64,000 nt of DNA from Hypanus sabinus (lineage: Eukaryota): positions 30,814,001 through 30,878,000 of the forward strand of contig NC_082725.1 of NCBI RefSeq assembly GCF_030144855.1, given 5' to 3'. A program made the position numbers and the translations under genes. The notes below the pieces were generated by a model. The model saw only the letters and a program-made list of their open reading frames with translations. It was not told the DNA's origin and ran no database searches. Each line of letters starts with the position of its first letter. Within the stretch, counting starts at the first letter, position 1. Shown here one piece after another: positions 1 to 14,150 of the stretch.

Positions 1-530
1 TAGTTAATGTGACCGTGTGCATGGTTTGTCATATCTAACCAGTCTTACAGAGTTTATTGAGGAAGTTATAAGAAAGGTTGATGAAGGAAAGGTGGTGGAC
101 ATTGTCTACATGGAGTTTAGCAAGGCTTATGACAAAGACCCACATGGAAGTCCAGTCCAGAAGTTAAGTCGCTTGGCATTCAGTTTTAAGTAGTAAATTA
201 TATTCAATATTAGCTTAGTGGGAGAAGACAGAGACAGGACTAGTGACTGGTAACATTCCACAGGGATTGGTGCTGGGTCCATCGTTTCTTATCACCCATA
301 TAAATGATTTATGTAATCCTGTGGTATGTAGAGGACACTGAAGAAGGCTATCAAAGTTTGCAGCATGATCTGCAGCAGCTGGGAGAATGGACTGAAAAAT
401 GCCGACAAGTCTGAGATATTGCACTTTGGCAGGGCTAACTAAGGCATAAATTACATAGAGATGCAGAATTACGGTAATAATCAGATCAGCTATGATCAGA
501 CTGAATAGATAAGCTGGCTGAAGAGGCCAA
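1..530 (+). mobile_element. CR1 LINE fragment
   Basis: Degenerate RT segments (VDIVYMEFSKAYDK; IPQGLVLGP). Confidence 0.75.
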
Positions 531-823
531 CTTAGAGTTCTTGCTTTCAATTGGTATGTCTGTGTTTAAAAATAACAGGAGAAACGTGAATAATAATGTT
601 AACTGATGCAGATTGTGTTACAGATGCAAAGCTAAACTGCACAACAAAGTACTCAAGCTATCTTCTTTATCATTGCATAACTTTAGCACAAAGACAGATT
701 CTGACAATCATGCAATAATGATTTATCTTTGACAACATGTTGTTATTGAGAAGTTCAATAGTTATCAGCAATACCCTAATATGAGAATGCTAAACAAATT
801 TCAAATCAACTGACATAACTCAC

Positions 824-933
824 CTTGAAAATGAGTTATCGAATATCAGTAAGTACTGTCCTGGATTTCTGGCTTTCAGTTGGCCTTGTATTGTTTCCTT
901 ATGAGAATTACAGCGTGTTAAAGGAATTAAAAC
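824..933 (-). CDS. FYCO1: FYCO1 coding exon (GOLD domain, penultimate coding exon): [36 protein letters not shown](R)
   Basis: Manual translation; not in the ORF track. Acceptor TTTTCACACAG, donor AG|GTGAGT, 110 nt, phase 0 to 2. Closely resembles the human FYCO1 segment as recalled ([37 protein letters not shown]). Confidence 0.93.
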
Positions 934-1155
934 CTGTGTGAAAATACAGCACAAGAGAGGCAATCTAAAATCTGCAAGTTGATCATTCATGTGCTATTTG
1001 TTTTGGTAGAAAACTTGTCTCCTTAGAAATAAATTGTTGTTAAGATGTTTAAATTCAATTTTCATCATACAAGAATACGAATTAAAATAGAGTATAGGTT
1101 AACTTCATAAACCAGAGTTATGTATGAATCCAACAACAAAAATAAAATCAGATGA

Positions 1156-1781
1156 TTTCCCTCCCCAGGACATTAGCACAACTACTAGAGCTGCTGCCTC
1201 ACTGCCCCCACAATCAGGGCTTAATCCCAATCTCTGTGCGCTCTGCGGAATGTATGCCTTCTCCATGTGCCCACATGGGTTTTCTCCCACATTCCAGGGA
1301 ATCACCTTTGCATAGAAATATAGAGTAGCATATGTTTTTATATATAAAACAAGAACACACAGAAAATGCTGGAGGAACTCAGCAGGCCAGGCAGCATCTA
1401 TGGAAAAAAGTAGAAGTAAAAAGGTAGAAATTGAATTATACATACAGCATATACAGCAGCTCGGCCCACAGCGTATTGGAATTGAACTGCAACTTTCCTT
1501 TCCATAATAGGATTGAGCTGCTTGGCCTGATAAACACAAGCCCGTTTTAATTTCTCCATATTCTTAATAGTTTCTTCGCCCAAGATTCTACCACTCACCG
1601 ACTCACTAGCAGCCAATTTACCTATCAATCCACACATCCCTGGAATGTGAGAGAAAATCCATGTGGGCACATGGAGAAGGCGTACATTCCACAGAGCGCA
1701 CAGAGATTGGGATTAAGCCCTGATTGTGGGGGTGGTGAGGCAGCAGCTCTAGTAGTTGTGCTAATGTCCTGGGGAGAGAAA
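1156..1781. repeat. Long inverted repeat (arms 1156-1300 and 1637-1781), SINE-head derived
   Basis: About 145-bp arms that are reverse complements at roughly 90% identity. Confidence 0.9.
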
Positions 1782-3174
1782 GTAGCTAAATGAAAGCAGT
1801 ACTGAATAATGGCTTGGAGTTAGAAAAGAATTGTTAATTTTTCCTTGTTCTGTTTTCAAACACTGACAAGAAAATGTACTTAACTTTGGAGTTGGACTGA
1901 TTATTAAACTACCTTAATAAGGAAAAACCTTACCAAAATGGGGTCAGTCTTTGCTCCATTCAAGACATGCCATTTTGACAAGGGGATTCTGAAGCACTGT
2001 TGGATCCTCTCGTGGGACTAAAAGTTCTAGTTCAACATACTTCTGGAGTATCTATCCAAATCAGTTGCCTCACTCCACGCTTGCTATTTTAGTTGCTGAT
2101 TAGTAATGTATAAAAGTGCTGACTATTAGAACAGTAGCACCCATTGCAGGCACTAAGATGATACAATTCAAAAACCATGATTCATATCCTTTTTTTAAAC
2201 CACAGAATCAAGTGCAACAAGTAACAATTTATTCAATAGGCAAAACATGCTGAAAGATAATCTATATAAAAAAGCTCACATAAACCATACAAAAACAAAC
2301 TTTTCTTGAAAGTGCAATAAATATGAAGATGTTATAAATCTAATTTTAATCATAAAACCTGCCATGTGATTTCACACACAAACTCAGTATAAACTTCCTA
2401 TTTTGTAGGCTATGTCTCTCCCTCAAAGGCCATAGCAACCTGTATATTCTAAATTATATTTAAAATATTTCCACAAATATTTAAAAGCTGCAGTTGCCAT
2501 TACAAGTATACTTAATTTGCGAATCAGCATTATGTTAGTCTTTAGTAGAGGAGGCTTTCAGAAAACACACTTACTTAAAGTGCTCCTCAAATCTGAACTG
2601 TTCACTGAAGCAATGGAACACTGCTGTGCTTAATACTCAAGGGCCACTCCTTTGAATAGAGTGATCCAAAATAGGTTGTAGAAGATGATTATCCTCAGCA
2701 ACATACAGAGAGTAGTTCTAAGCGTGCCTGAAGATGACACTTTCCTGCCTTCTCAGGTAACTTCTATCCCTTTGTTTATCAAGAATCTATCTACATTGGT
2801 TTTAAAGTATTTAGAGATTTTGTTTCTACCTCCTTCTGAGGAAGCAAATACCAAATATACATAACTCTTGAGAGAAAAGTTCTGAGCAGACAAGCCAATA
2901 TAAATAATTTTAAGCAGTTTGTTACAAAATTTATCTATATCAACTACACATTCACATTGCCAAAAATGAAACCTTGACCAAAACTGGATAATGATTAGGA
3001 AATCCTAACTTTTGACTCTGTTGAATAATGTCAATTTGGAAATTCTGGCTTATTGGAATATAAACCTTCAGCTGGTGTAATCTCACTCCCTAAATGTTAG
3101 CAGCATCCTACTCATCCAGCCTTTCATTCAAACAGACGTGTGTATAGTCATGGCATAAACAAAGCTATTTTCTC

Positions 3175-3800
3175 TTGGAAGATGCTGGAAATCTGAAATA
3201 CGAGTTGTTGGTGTTGCAAATACACAGCAGGTCAGGCAGCTTCTGCAGAGAGGACCTTTCCATATGTACTACTTGATACTGCTGATAATTGCCAGCATGA
3301 TCCAGTCTTCATGACTGTATCAATTGTAAGTTTTCTTTCTGATTGGGGACCACTTTGTCAAGCACCTTCGCTGCATCCACAACAAGGATTTCCCTGTGGA
3401 CAACCATTTTAATTCCAATTCATATTCCCATTCCGACATGTCAGTCCATGGCCTTCTCTACTGCCATGATGTGGCCACTCTTGGGTTGGAGGAGCAACAT
3501 CTCGCAAGGCAAGAATTGTTCCATCTCGGTAGCCTCCAACATGATGGCATGAATATCAACTTCTCTAACTTAAGGTTATTTTTTCCCACTTCCCCCTTCT
3601 TCCATTCCTCACTATGGCTCCCCTCCTCCTTCCCTTTCCCCCATGGCCCACTCTTCTTTTCCAGTCCTGATGAAGGGTCTCAGCCCAAAACATCAACTGT
3701 TGATTCCCTTCCATAGATGGTGGCTGGCCTGCTGAGTTTCTCCAGCATTTTGTGGGCGTGGCTCTGGATTTTTGGCATCTACGGGATATCTCGTGTCTAT
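3175..3800 (+). mobile_element. Penelope-like element remnant with inverted termini
   Basis: GIY-YIG C-terminal remnant (HFNSNSYSHSDMSVHGLLYC...LEEQHL...GMNINFSN), followed by the common terminal repeat, which is also present inverted at 3175-3250. Confidence 0.75.
3662..3699 (+). ncRNA. Degenerate minimal type I hammerhead ribozyme motif in a Penelope-like terminus
   Basis: CAGTC-CTGATGA-AGGGTCTCAGCCC-AAAAC-ATC-AACTG. The consensus across copies restores GAAAC-GTC-GACTG. Confidence 0.6.
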
Positions 3801-5049
3801 TTCTTTTTCTTACTGTAGGCCGGGGAAAAGAAAACTGCAAATTTGTTTCCGCCAGCTAACACATGCATTCCAAGCGTCAAACCTCAGAAGCACCAACACA
3901 GCACTTTGGAGGATGTGTTTATGGTAGCTGTGGTCAACATACTTAAGAAGTAGGAACCAGAGCCAGAGGAACTTCCTGGGAAAATGAAATTTTACTTATT
4001 CTAATTGTTAACAAATGAGGAGCAAATTTAACACTTTATTGTGAAATACATTCATACTCTGATAATCTAGCATCCAATGGTTTGGATATCCTGAAAGTTC
4101 AGCAATTTCTCACTTACTGCTTAGGTATGTGAGCTACGGATCTCGAGTGCAAGTGGATGTATGGCCAGAAACAGGTTTTGCTATGCTTATATATTTACTG
4201 CACCCTTTAAACACGTTGGGTTTACTTTGTTTAAAGGGATTTTATTTATTATGTTGCATTTATTGTTAAAATGTGTAATGTAAAAACAGTGAAATAAATA
4301 TATTTGGTTATTAATAGGAATAACATCCAAAATTCATAAAACTTAATAGCTAACAAAACCAAAGTCCCAAACTTGTTGGATTGTCAGTTTAACAGTTTAG
4401 TACTATACACAAGGAATGCCAAACATTGCTAGCCTACAAATTCCAAGCATGCTGCTTATTTTATTTAGGCTGCAAGATGGAAAATTGGATAACTTAAATC
4501 ATCTTGTCCTAAGTTAAGGTTTACACAATAACAAATTTGCATGTCTATACATTATTCAGTAATTTTTCATCAGAGACACCTAATTCTCTTTTTCTTTTGC
4601 AAACACGAGGAAATCTGCAGATACTGGAAATTCAAACAACACACACAAAATGCTGGTGGAACACAGCAGACCAGGCAGCGGCTATAAGCAGAAGCACTGT
4701 CGACATCTCGGCCTGAAATGTCGACAGTGCTTCTCCTTATAGATGCTGCCTGGCCTTCTGTGTTCCACTAGCATTTTGTGTGTGTTGTTTCTCTTTTTCT
4801 TTTCCTTGTTTTTGAAGCAACAGCGGGAACTTTACTAAATAGGATTTCTAAGTATACATTGCTTGATGATGAGTTCCAGTCAGTTACATTCCTTTGCAAA
4901 TTCTCATTACCCCTACCAACCAGGTAATCAACTCTCAATTTATATTTCTTGATGTAATCATGGTAATGGCCGGTTCTTCACTTGCAAAGATCAGGAGCGA
5001 CGCACAATTGTTGGTGACAGTAGAGGCCAATTGTGGATCTGCACACTCT

Positions 5050-6100
5050 GGATCAGTAGGGACACGGGAACACCTGGGATGCAGGTACTTGGGTAGTAGG
5101 ATCCTTTCTTTTCTCTTCAGCAGTTGCTCTTCTGGATTCCTTAAAATTCTTGGCAGCTCCGTGCATCAGCATTCTCCAGCAGTCTCCATCACAAGCCAGC
5201 TGCTGCCATTTGTTAACCTCGATATTTGCCTGAGAGAGCTGCTGCTTAAGTTGGTCTTTGTACCTTTTGCACAGAACACCATGAACCTTCTTGCCCTGCG
5301 AGATTTCCTCATAGGGTACTGCTTTTGCTAACCTAGAGCTGTCCCATGATGGAGCAGAGGCAGTGCTGATGGAAGTGCTCGAGGAACTGGATTTGCTTGT
5401 GGAACAAGATCTGGGCTTCAGAACCACATAGCAGTGCTGTGATGATGGCAGCACTGGACACTTGTATTTCTGTTGATAACACTGCTGGTGGTTTTTTCTC
5501 ATACGTTTCTGAAGGCACCTGATATTTCTGCCAGTGTGGAACCTAATGTAGATGTTCTTCAAGATGGTCTCTTTTGCTTCTCGTAGCATCATGCAGAAAA
5601 AGATGGCAAACAGCATTGGTGCCAAAACACAGCTTTGTTTCAAGCCGGTACTGATGGGGAATGGGTCAGACAAGGCGTTGTTGTGTTTAACCTGACCATT
5701 TTGGCTTTCATGGAGCAACTGCACGATGGTGAGGAATCTCTGGGCACAGCGAAACTTTGACAGAATCTTCCAGAGACTATCATGGCTGACTGCATCAAGG
5801 GCATTGGCAGGTTAATGAACACCACGTATGGTCACATGCTCTGTTCACACTTGCTTGTATATGGTGCAGGATGAAGATCATGTCAGATGGGCCTCTGTTC
5901 ACTCCGAATCTGCACTGACCCTCTGTGAGGTAGTCTTTAGCAATAGTAGGAATGATTCTGTCCAAGAGAATTCTGGCAGTGGACAGCAGGGAATGCCTTT
6001 GTAGTTTGAGCAATCCAAGTTCTCCTCTCTGTTCTTGTACAAGGAGACAATTACAGTGTCCTGTAGGTCATTATCCCTACAAACCAGTTGATCAACTCTC
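5050..6100 (-). mobile_element. RTE-clade LINE fragments
   Basis: Degenerate RT motifs (YLTEGQCRF...DMIF, TGLKQSCVLAPMLFAIFF, ALLCGSE, KRYKDQLK, terminal C2H2-like FPCP). Confidence 0.8.
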
Positions 6101-6224
6101 AATTTATATTTCTTACTGTTCTGTAATCAAATGAAGAAATATCACACATTATAATAATGTATATTTTACTGTCGGTATTGGCCAAAAAGAGCATCCTCTT
6201 CCCCAGAGACTCATATAAAAGTAC

Positions 6225-6915
6225 AGAAACAGGCACTTCAGCTAGACCATGTTAAAACATTTAAAACTGCCTATTCCCATCGACTGCACTGGGACCAGAG
6301 ACCTACCACCCATGTACCTATCCAAACTTCTCTTAATCAAGTTCACATAAACCACTTGTGCTGGCAGCTCATTCCACACTTCCATGACCCTCTGAGTGAA
6401 GAAGTTTCCCCTCACATTCCCCTTAAACTTTTCTCCTTTCACTTTTCTGCACTTGCCACACGCAGGGTCCAAGGGAATACCTTGTCAGGCCCTGGGGATT
6501 TATCCACCCTTATCTGCCTCAAGACAACAACTGCCTCCTCCTCTGTAATCCATCTATTGCTGTGTTGCCCAAGTTCTATAGAATCTGTGTCCATCTCCCA
6601 AGTAAATACAGATGCAAAAAATCCATTTAAATCTCCCTCGTCTCTTTTGGCTGCACACATTCTGATCTCCTAGAGGACCAATTTTGTCCTTTGCAGTTCT
6701 TTGCTCTTAACATATCTGCAGAATCCCTGAAGATTTTCCTTCACCTTGTCTGTTGGGGCAACCTCATGTCTTCTTTTAGCCCTCCTGATTTCTTTCTAAA
6801 GTGTTCCCCTGCATTTCTTATAAGCACCTCCTTTGTTTCTACCTTATATACCTGCTATGTATCTCCTTTTATTTTCTTAACCAGAACCTTAATATTTTTT
6901 CAAAACCAATGTTCC
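6225..6915 (-). mobile_element. CR1 LINE fragments
   Basis: FFTQRVMEVWNELP; LNGFFASVFT...DKSPGPD. Confidence 0.8.
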
Positions 6916-8029
6916 AGCAAGTGTGAAGGGTCCAGCAAGCCATTTCCAAGGAGTATCATACTCTTGTCTTGGTGATCCACCCGAAATGTAATGAAACATT
7001 TCCTGTTTGAAGTTATCATATTTGTGCCTTTGAGCAATTGATACCTGTGCTGGGACTGGAGCAAGATACTAATGAGACACTCTGATGTTGAAGTCTGATT
7101 AAATAGTTGAATTAAATATGAGCCAGTCACTTAGCTTTGCCAAGACAGTGATGAGTAGCCAATGACATAATGATGTCCTCTGAGACTCTCTGTTGGTCAG
7201 GATTAACCATGGATATTGTGTCTTAGTTGTCTATGTGATATGCAAGCCTTTATGCAAACCAGGGCAGTACTAAATGGAGAACAAGCTGTTGTCCATACAG
7301 CTGATAAATCCAAAGGAACGGCAGCAACCAATAGAGTTTGGTACCAACGGCGTTGCAGGAGTCGTCAGTCAGCCTTGAACTCAAAATAGGTCTTCCTTAC
7401 AGACTCCAACTCTGGAGGTTGAGATTTGAGAGGTTTGAGATCAGAGTTTTTTTTTCTCCTGGGTGAGCTGTCAACCACAGCTGACAAGCCCCATCTGCCC
7501 ACAGCGACTGGTTTTAAGACACCAGTAACCAACCATTGCCCTTTCTCCTGTCAGTAGAAATGGTTCCGCAGATCTTAGAAGCTATTTGAGAAAAACAGCA
7601 TTGGGATCATTTAGTAGGTAGAGGGAGCTTATCCCCACTAGCCACTCCCCCAGCTATGAAAACCTTAAGGAAGCCACCAGAGATCAGACAGTAGGAAAAT
7701 CCAAGATAAAATAATACTTTGGTAATAGTTTCAGCAAAAATTATCAATCAATTTTGGGAACTAATAATGAGATATTAATAATATTTAATAACATTCCAAC
7801 AATTGGTCTCAAGATACAGTAGACTACGAAAAACAACATAAGCAGAAAGAGCTTCAATGAAGAATCTCAACCTGAAATGTCGACACATGCTGTTTGACCT
7901 GCTGAGTTCTTGCAGATCCTAGCATTTGCTGTCTCTAGTGTCTACAGGAAAAGGTTAATAGCTCAGGGAAAGGGCAGACTATCACAGTCTTATGGGCTAC
8001 ACTATCAAAGAGTTATGAAGAATATAGTT

Positions 8030-9335
8030 CAAGTTTCAAAGTTAATTTATTATCAAAATACATATATTTCACCATATACTACCGAGATTCATTTTCTTGT
8101 GGGCATTCACAGTAATTACAAATTAACACAATAGAATTAATGAAAAACCACACACCACAAAGATGGGTAAAACAACCAGTGTGAAAGAAACAACAAAATG
8201 TGCAAACACCAGAAATAATAAATAAATAGTATCAATACCATGTGTTGCAGAATCCTTAGAAGTGAGTCCATAGGTTGTGGAATCAGTGTGGTATTGGGAC
8301 TAGTGAAGTTATCCCCTTTGGTTCAAGAGCCTGATGGCTAAGGGGTAATAACTGTTCCTAAACCTGGAAGTGTGAGATTTGAGGATCCTGTATCTCCTTC
8401 CTGATGGTAGCAGTAAGAAGAGAATGTGGACTGGACGGTGGAGGTCCTTGATGGATGCTGCTTTCCTGTGACAGCACTTCTTATAAGTATGCTTTGTGGT
8501 GGAAAGGACTGGGTTGTGCCCACTACTTCTTGTAGGGTGTTCTGTACAAGGGCATTGGTGTTTCCATACTAGGCTATGATGCAGCCAGTCACTATACTCG
8601 CCATCAGACATCTTTGAAAGTTTATGAAAGTTTCAGATGACATGCTGAATCTGTCCAAGCTTCTAATAAAGTGGAGGCACTGCTGTTCCTTCTCTGTATG
8701 ATAAATCTTCTGAAATGAGATCCTCTGCACCTCTGATCCCCGATGAGAACTGGCTCATAGACCTCCAGGTTCATCCTCCTGTAGTCCATAGTCAACTCTT
8801 TGGTTTTGTTGATATTGAATGAGATGTTGTGGCACCATTCAATGTCCTTCCTATTTGCTGATTCGTCACCAACTTTGATTTGGCCAACATCAGTTGTGTC
8901 ATCAGCAAATTGGAGCTGCTCTTAGCCTTAAAGTCATAAGTATAAGTAGGTAGAGCAGGGGTCTAAGCTCACAGCCTTGTGGTGCACCTGTGCTGATAGT
9001 GAATGTGGAGGAGGTATTTTTGGCAAACCGATTTGACTGGGGTCTGCAAGTGAGGAAATCAAGGATCCAGTTGCATAAGGAGGTCTAGGTCTTGGAGCTT
9101 ATTGATTAGTTTTAACAGGATGATAGTGATGAATGCAGAGCTGTAATCAATGATGAGCATCCTGATGTATGCACCTTCACTATACAGATGCTCCAAAGTT
9201 GAGAGAAGAGTCAATGAAATGACATCTCTTGTTCCCATGTTGTGACGATAAGCAAAATGGAGCAGATTTAAGTCACTCCTCAGGCAGGAGTTGATATGCT
9301 TCATCATCAGCCTCTCAAAGCACTTCATCACTGAG
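8030..9335 (-). mobile_element. Rex1/Babar LINE fragment
   Basis: MKCFERL...YIRMLIIDYSSAF; LLPSGRRYR...SRFRNSYYP. Confidence 0.82.
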
Positions 9336-9799
9336 TATGCTGGCCTATAAATGAGGTCCCTTCTGCTGAGCCTGCGAATTCCAGTGTATTGGATGACATC
9401 TGAGCTTCCAGACTTTAATTACAAAGAAAACACTTAATGAAAGGTACAGTGTTCTCTTACATTCAGCATGGAGACAGGTCCTTCGGCCTCTCTTGTCCGT
9501 GCTAGCCTAATTTGCCTGTGGTGTCCCGTATCCCCCTAAACCTGGGGAACACCAAAGAATCGGTCAGCAGAGCTCACAGGGCCAAGGGCCTCCCCCCCAG
9601 GGCCGAATATCTCAGCAAGTTAAAGACATTTTAATCAAAATAGAATCTTTTTAAAGTTCTTTGGATCCTCTATTCTATTCCATTTTGTAATTATTACGTA
9701 TTTGAGGTTATAAATCTCACTCAGATATGCCTGTCTGCCTCTGACCGAAAACTAAACATGTGGATGGTGTAATATAAATAAGACACAGAAATGGCATTA

Positions 9800-11240
9800 G
9801 ATTATTTGCCCCATGGAATCTCTTCCACCAGTTCCTCTTGGGATCCAGCACCCATCTGATTTCCCCAATCTACCTGCATATTGAAATCCCCCACGACTTG
9901 TATAACTGCCCTTTTGATATGCCTTTTCTATCTTCCGTCATAATTTACAGCCCACATCCTGGATACTGTTTGGAGGTCTGCACATAACTCCTATCAGGGT
10001 CTTTTCACCCTTGGAGTTTCTTTACTCTACCCCCAAGGACTCTACAGCTTTCAATCCTACATCACCTCATTCTAAGGATTTAATTCCATCTTTTACCAAA
10101 TCAGCCATGCCACCCTCCTCTGCCTTCCTACCTATCCTTTTGATATGTTACATATCCTTGAATGTTAAGCTCTAAACTATTATCTTCTTTCAGCCATGAC
10201 TCAGTGATGCCTACAGCATAACAGATAATCTCTAACTGCGGTACAAATTCATCTACCTTATTCTGTATATTGTGTGCATTCAAGTAAACCACCTTCACCC
10301 TCGTATTTGTCACCCTTTTCGATTTTGTCTCCATTACACTGCAGCTCATCCCACCGACAGCAACTTTGCCCTTCATTTGCCAGTCCTTCCTGACAGTCTC
10401 ACTATATACTGTCTCAGCTGTATACCAACTGCCCCACCCCTAGCTCTAACACTCTGGTTCCCATCCTCCTGCCAAATTAGTTTCGAACCTCCCCAATAGT
10501 TCTAGAAAACCTGCTCGCAAAGATATTGGTTCCCCTTAGGTTCAGGAGTAACCCATCCATTTTGCACAGGTCATACCTTTCCCAGATGAAATTCTAATGA
10601 TCCAGAAATCTGAAATCCTGCCTCCTGCACCACTTCCTCAACCACACATTCACCTGCCAAATGATAGTATTCTTACCTTCACTGAAATAGAACGACAAGT
10701 ATTTAACACACATGATACTTGTCCATGTAACAATACTAGCAATGAGATCTTTGGTGATAACTGAATATACACAATGTATATCACAGCTTTCCATTTCCGC
10801 TTTGCCATTTTCCCTGTTTCATTGATCTCTGGCCTTTATAGCCCCACTTGCCATATTAGATCATAGAATACAGAACAGCAGAGCACAGTGCATGTCCTTC
10901 AGCCCACAACGTTGTGTCATTCTTTTGACCTACTCTAGAATGAATCTAACCCTTCTCTCACACATAGTCCTCCATTTTTCTTTCATCTATTAATCTAAAG
11001 GGTCTCTGAAATATTCCTAGTGGAATATTAATGCATCTATCTAATGTATGCACTTACCTCTCTCTGTGGAAATTACAGAACAACCTCTGACACAACCCCC
11101 ACAGAGTTTCCTCCAATCAAGTATGTCTTCACCTATGTCCTTTTGCATTAGCCATTGCCATCCAGGTCAAAAAGTGCTGGCTGTCTACTGTATCTTTGCT
11201 TTTTATCAACTTCTATACCTCTACCAAGTCACCTCTCATT
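9800..11240 (-). mobile_element. CR1 LINE fragments (ORF1/endonuclease part plus a separate 3' end)
   Basis: YLNAHNIQNKVDE...GITESWL; VNVWLRKWCRRQDFRFLDH. Confidence 0.75.
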
Positions 11241-11709
11241 CTCATTCACTCCAATTGTGCAATATTGAATCATATCTTATGTTTAAGCAAATCCCTTGAC
11301 AAGTCTTCCATTAAGTCATCAATTCAGAGTTCTAATGCAAACTGCCTATCTCCTACAAATGCCCCAGTGACACTGCTGCTTGGCCTGTGGCCTAGGTTAT
11401 ACTGATCAGGAAACTCAAGTACACTGCAGATGCTGTGGTCAAATCAAGACGTACAAAATAGCTGGATGAACTCAGCAGGTCGGGCAGCATCCATTGAAAG
11501 AAGCAGTCAACGTTTCAGGGCCTGACACCTGCATTCACTTGTAATTTTCTTCATCACCCTATATTTCACTGGGTCAAATACTAAACTGTAAACCTATTGG
11601 TTTAAAGTATATTATATAGTAGTATCATGGCCAATATAATGCATGATCGAAACATGGGCACAGGCCAGAACAACATCCATCCAAACGGCTTATAAAACAT
11701 TGATGGGTA

Positions 11710-14150
11710 ATAGAAACATAGAAAACTTACAGCACAATACAGGCCCTATGGCCCACAAAGCTGTGTCGAACATGTCTTTACCATAGAAATTACCTAGGGT
11801 TACCCACAGCCCTCTATTTTCCTAAGCTCCATGTACCTATCCAGGAGTCTCTTAAAAGACCCTATCATATCTGCCTCCACTATCGTTGCCGGCAGCCCAT
11901 TCCATGCACTCACCACTCTCTGTGTAAAAAACTTACCCCTGACGTCTCCTCTGTACCTACTTCCAAGCACCTTAAAACTATGCCCTCTCGTACTAGCCAT
12001 TTCAGCCCTGGGAAAAGCCTCTGACTATCTACACGATCAACACTTCTCATCATCTTGTACACCTCTATCAGGTCTCCTCTCATCCTCAGTCGCTCTAAGG
12101 AGAAAAAGCCGAGTTCATTTAGCCTACTCTCATAAAGCTCATAATGTTCCCCAAACCAGGCAATATCCTGTAAATCTCCTCTGCACCCTTTCTATGGCTT
12201 CCACATCCTTCCTGTAGTGAGGCGACCAAAACTCAGTACAGTACTCCAAGTGAGATCTGACCAGGGTCCTATATAGCTGCAATATTACCTCTCAGTTCTT
12301 AAATTCAATCCCACGACTGATGAAGGGCAATGCACCGTATGTCTTCTTAACCACAGAGTCAACCTGCACAGCAGCTTTGAGTGTCCTATGCACTTGGACC
12401 CCAAGATCCCTCTGATCCTTCACACTACCAAGAGTCTTAGCATTAATACTATATTCTGCCATCATATTTGACCTACCAAAATGAACCACCTCACACTTAA
12501 CTGAATTGAACTCTATCTGCCATGTTTCAGCCCCATTTTGCATCCTATCAATGTCCCACTGTAACCTCTGACAGCCCTCTACACTATCCACAACATCCCC
12601 AATCTTTGTGTCATCAGCAAATTTACTAACCCATCCCTTCACTTCCTCACCCAGGTCATGTATAAAAATCATGAAGAGTAGAACAGATCCCTGAGGCACA
12701 CGACTGGTCATCGACCTCTAAGCAGAATATGACCTGTCTACAACCACTCTTTGCCTTTTGGGGGCAAGCCAGTTCTGGATCCACAAACTGCTCTGCCTTT
12801 GACAAAGGCATGCTGACTATTCCTAATCATATTATGCCTCTCCAAATGTTCATAAATCCTGCCTTTAAGACCTTCTCCATCAACTTAACAACCACTGAAG
12901 TAAAACTCACTGGTCTATAATTTCTTGGGCTATCTCTACGCACTTTCTTGAATAAGGAATTAACATCTGCAATCCTCCAATCCCCCAGAACCTGTCCTGT
13001 CCCCACTGATATTGCAAAGATCATCGCCAGAGGCTCAGTAATCTCCTCCCTTGCCTCCCACAGTAGCCTGGGGTACATCTCATCCGGTCCCAGTGACTTA
13101 TCCAACTTGATGCTTTCGAAAAGCTCCAGTACATCCTCTTTCTTGATATCTGCATATTCGAGCTTTTCTTTCCAGTGTATGTTATCCGTACAATTGCCAT
13201 GATCTTTTTCCATCGTGAATACTGAAGCAAAGGATTCATTAAGTACCTCTGCTAACTCCTCTGGTTCCATACACACTTTTCCATTGTCACACTTGATTGG
13301 TCCAATTCCTTCACATCTTGTCCTCTTGCTCCTCACAGACTTGTAGAATGCCTTGGGGTTTTCCTTAATCCTGCTCACCAAGGCCTTCTCATGGCCCCTT
13401 CTGGCTCTCCTAATTTTGTTCTTAAACCCCTTCCTCTAGCCTTATAATCTTCTAGAATACCTAATTTTTTGAACCTTCCATAAGCTCTTCTTTTCTTCTT
13501 GACTAGAATTACAACAACCTTTGTACACTACAGTTCCTGTACACTATCATCCTTTCCTGGTCTCGTTGGAACCCCATGCAAATATCCCCTGAACATTTGC
13601 CACATTTCTTCTGTATGTTTCCCTGAGAACATCTGTTTCCAACTTATGCTTCCAAGTTCTTGCCTGATAGCCTCATATTTCCCCTTACTCCAATTAGACA
13701 TTTTCCTAACTTGTCTGTTCCTATCCCTCTCCTATGCTATGGTAAAGGAGATAGAATTGTGATAACTATCTCTAAAATTCTCTCCCACTGAGAGATCTGA
13801 CACCTGACCAGGTTCATTTCCGAATACCAGATCAAGTACATCCTCTCCTCTTGTAGGCTTATCTACATTGTGTCAAGAAACCTTCCTGAACACACCTAAC
13901 AAACTCCACCCCATCTAAACCCCTCGCTCCAGGGAGATCCCAATCAATATTTAGGAAATTAAAATCTCCCACCACAACAACCCTGTTATTATTACACCTT
14001 TCCAGAATCTGTCTCTTTATCTGCTCCTCGATGTCCATTACTATTGGATGGTCTACAAAAAAACACCCAGTAGAGTTATTGACTCCCTTCCTGTTCCTAA
14101 CTTCCACTCACAAAGACTCCGTAAACAATCCCTCCATAACTTCCTCCTGT
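11710..14150 (-). mobile_element. CR1 LINE, degenerate ORF2 plus 3' end
   Basis: VVVGDFNF, KENPKAFYK, NYRPVSFTSVV, VPQGSVL, SKFADDTKI, TRGHSFK...FFTQRVV. Confidence 0.93.
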
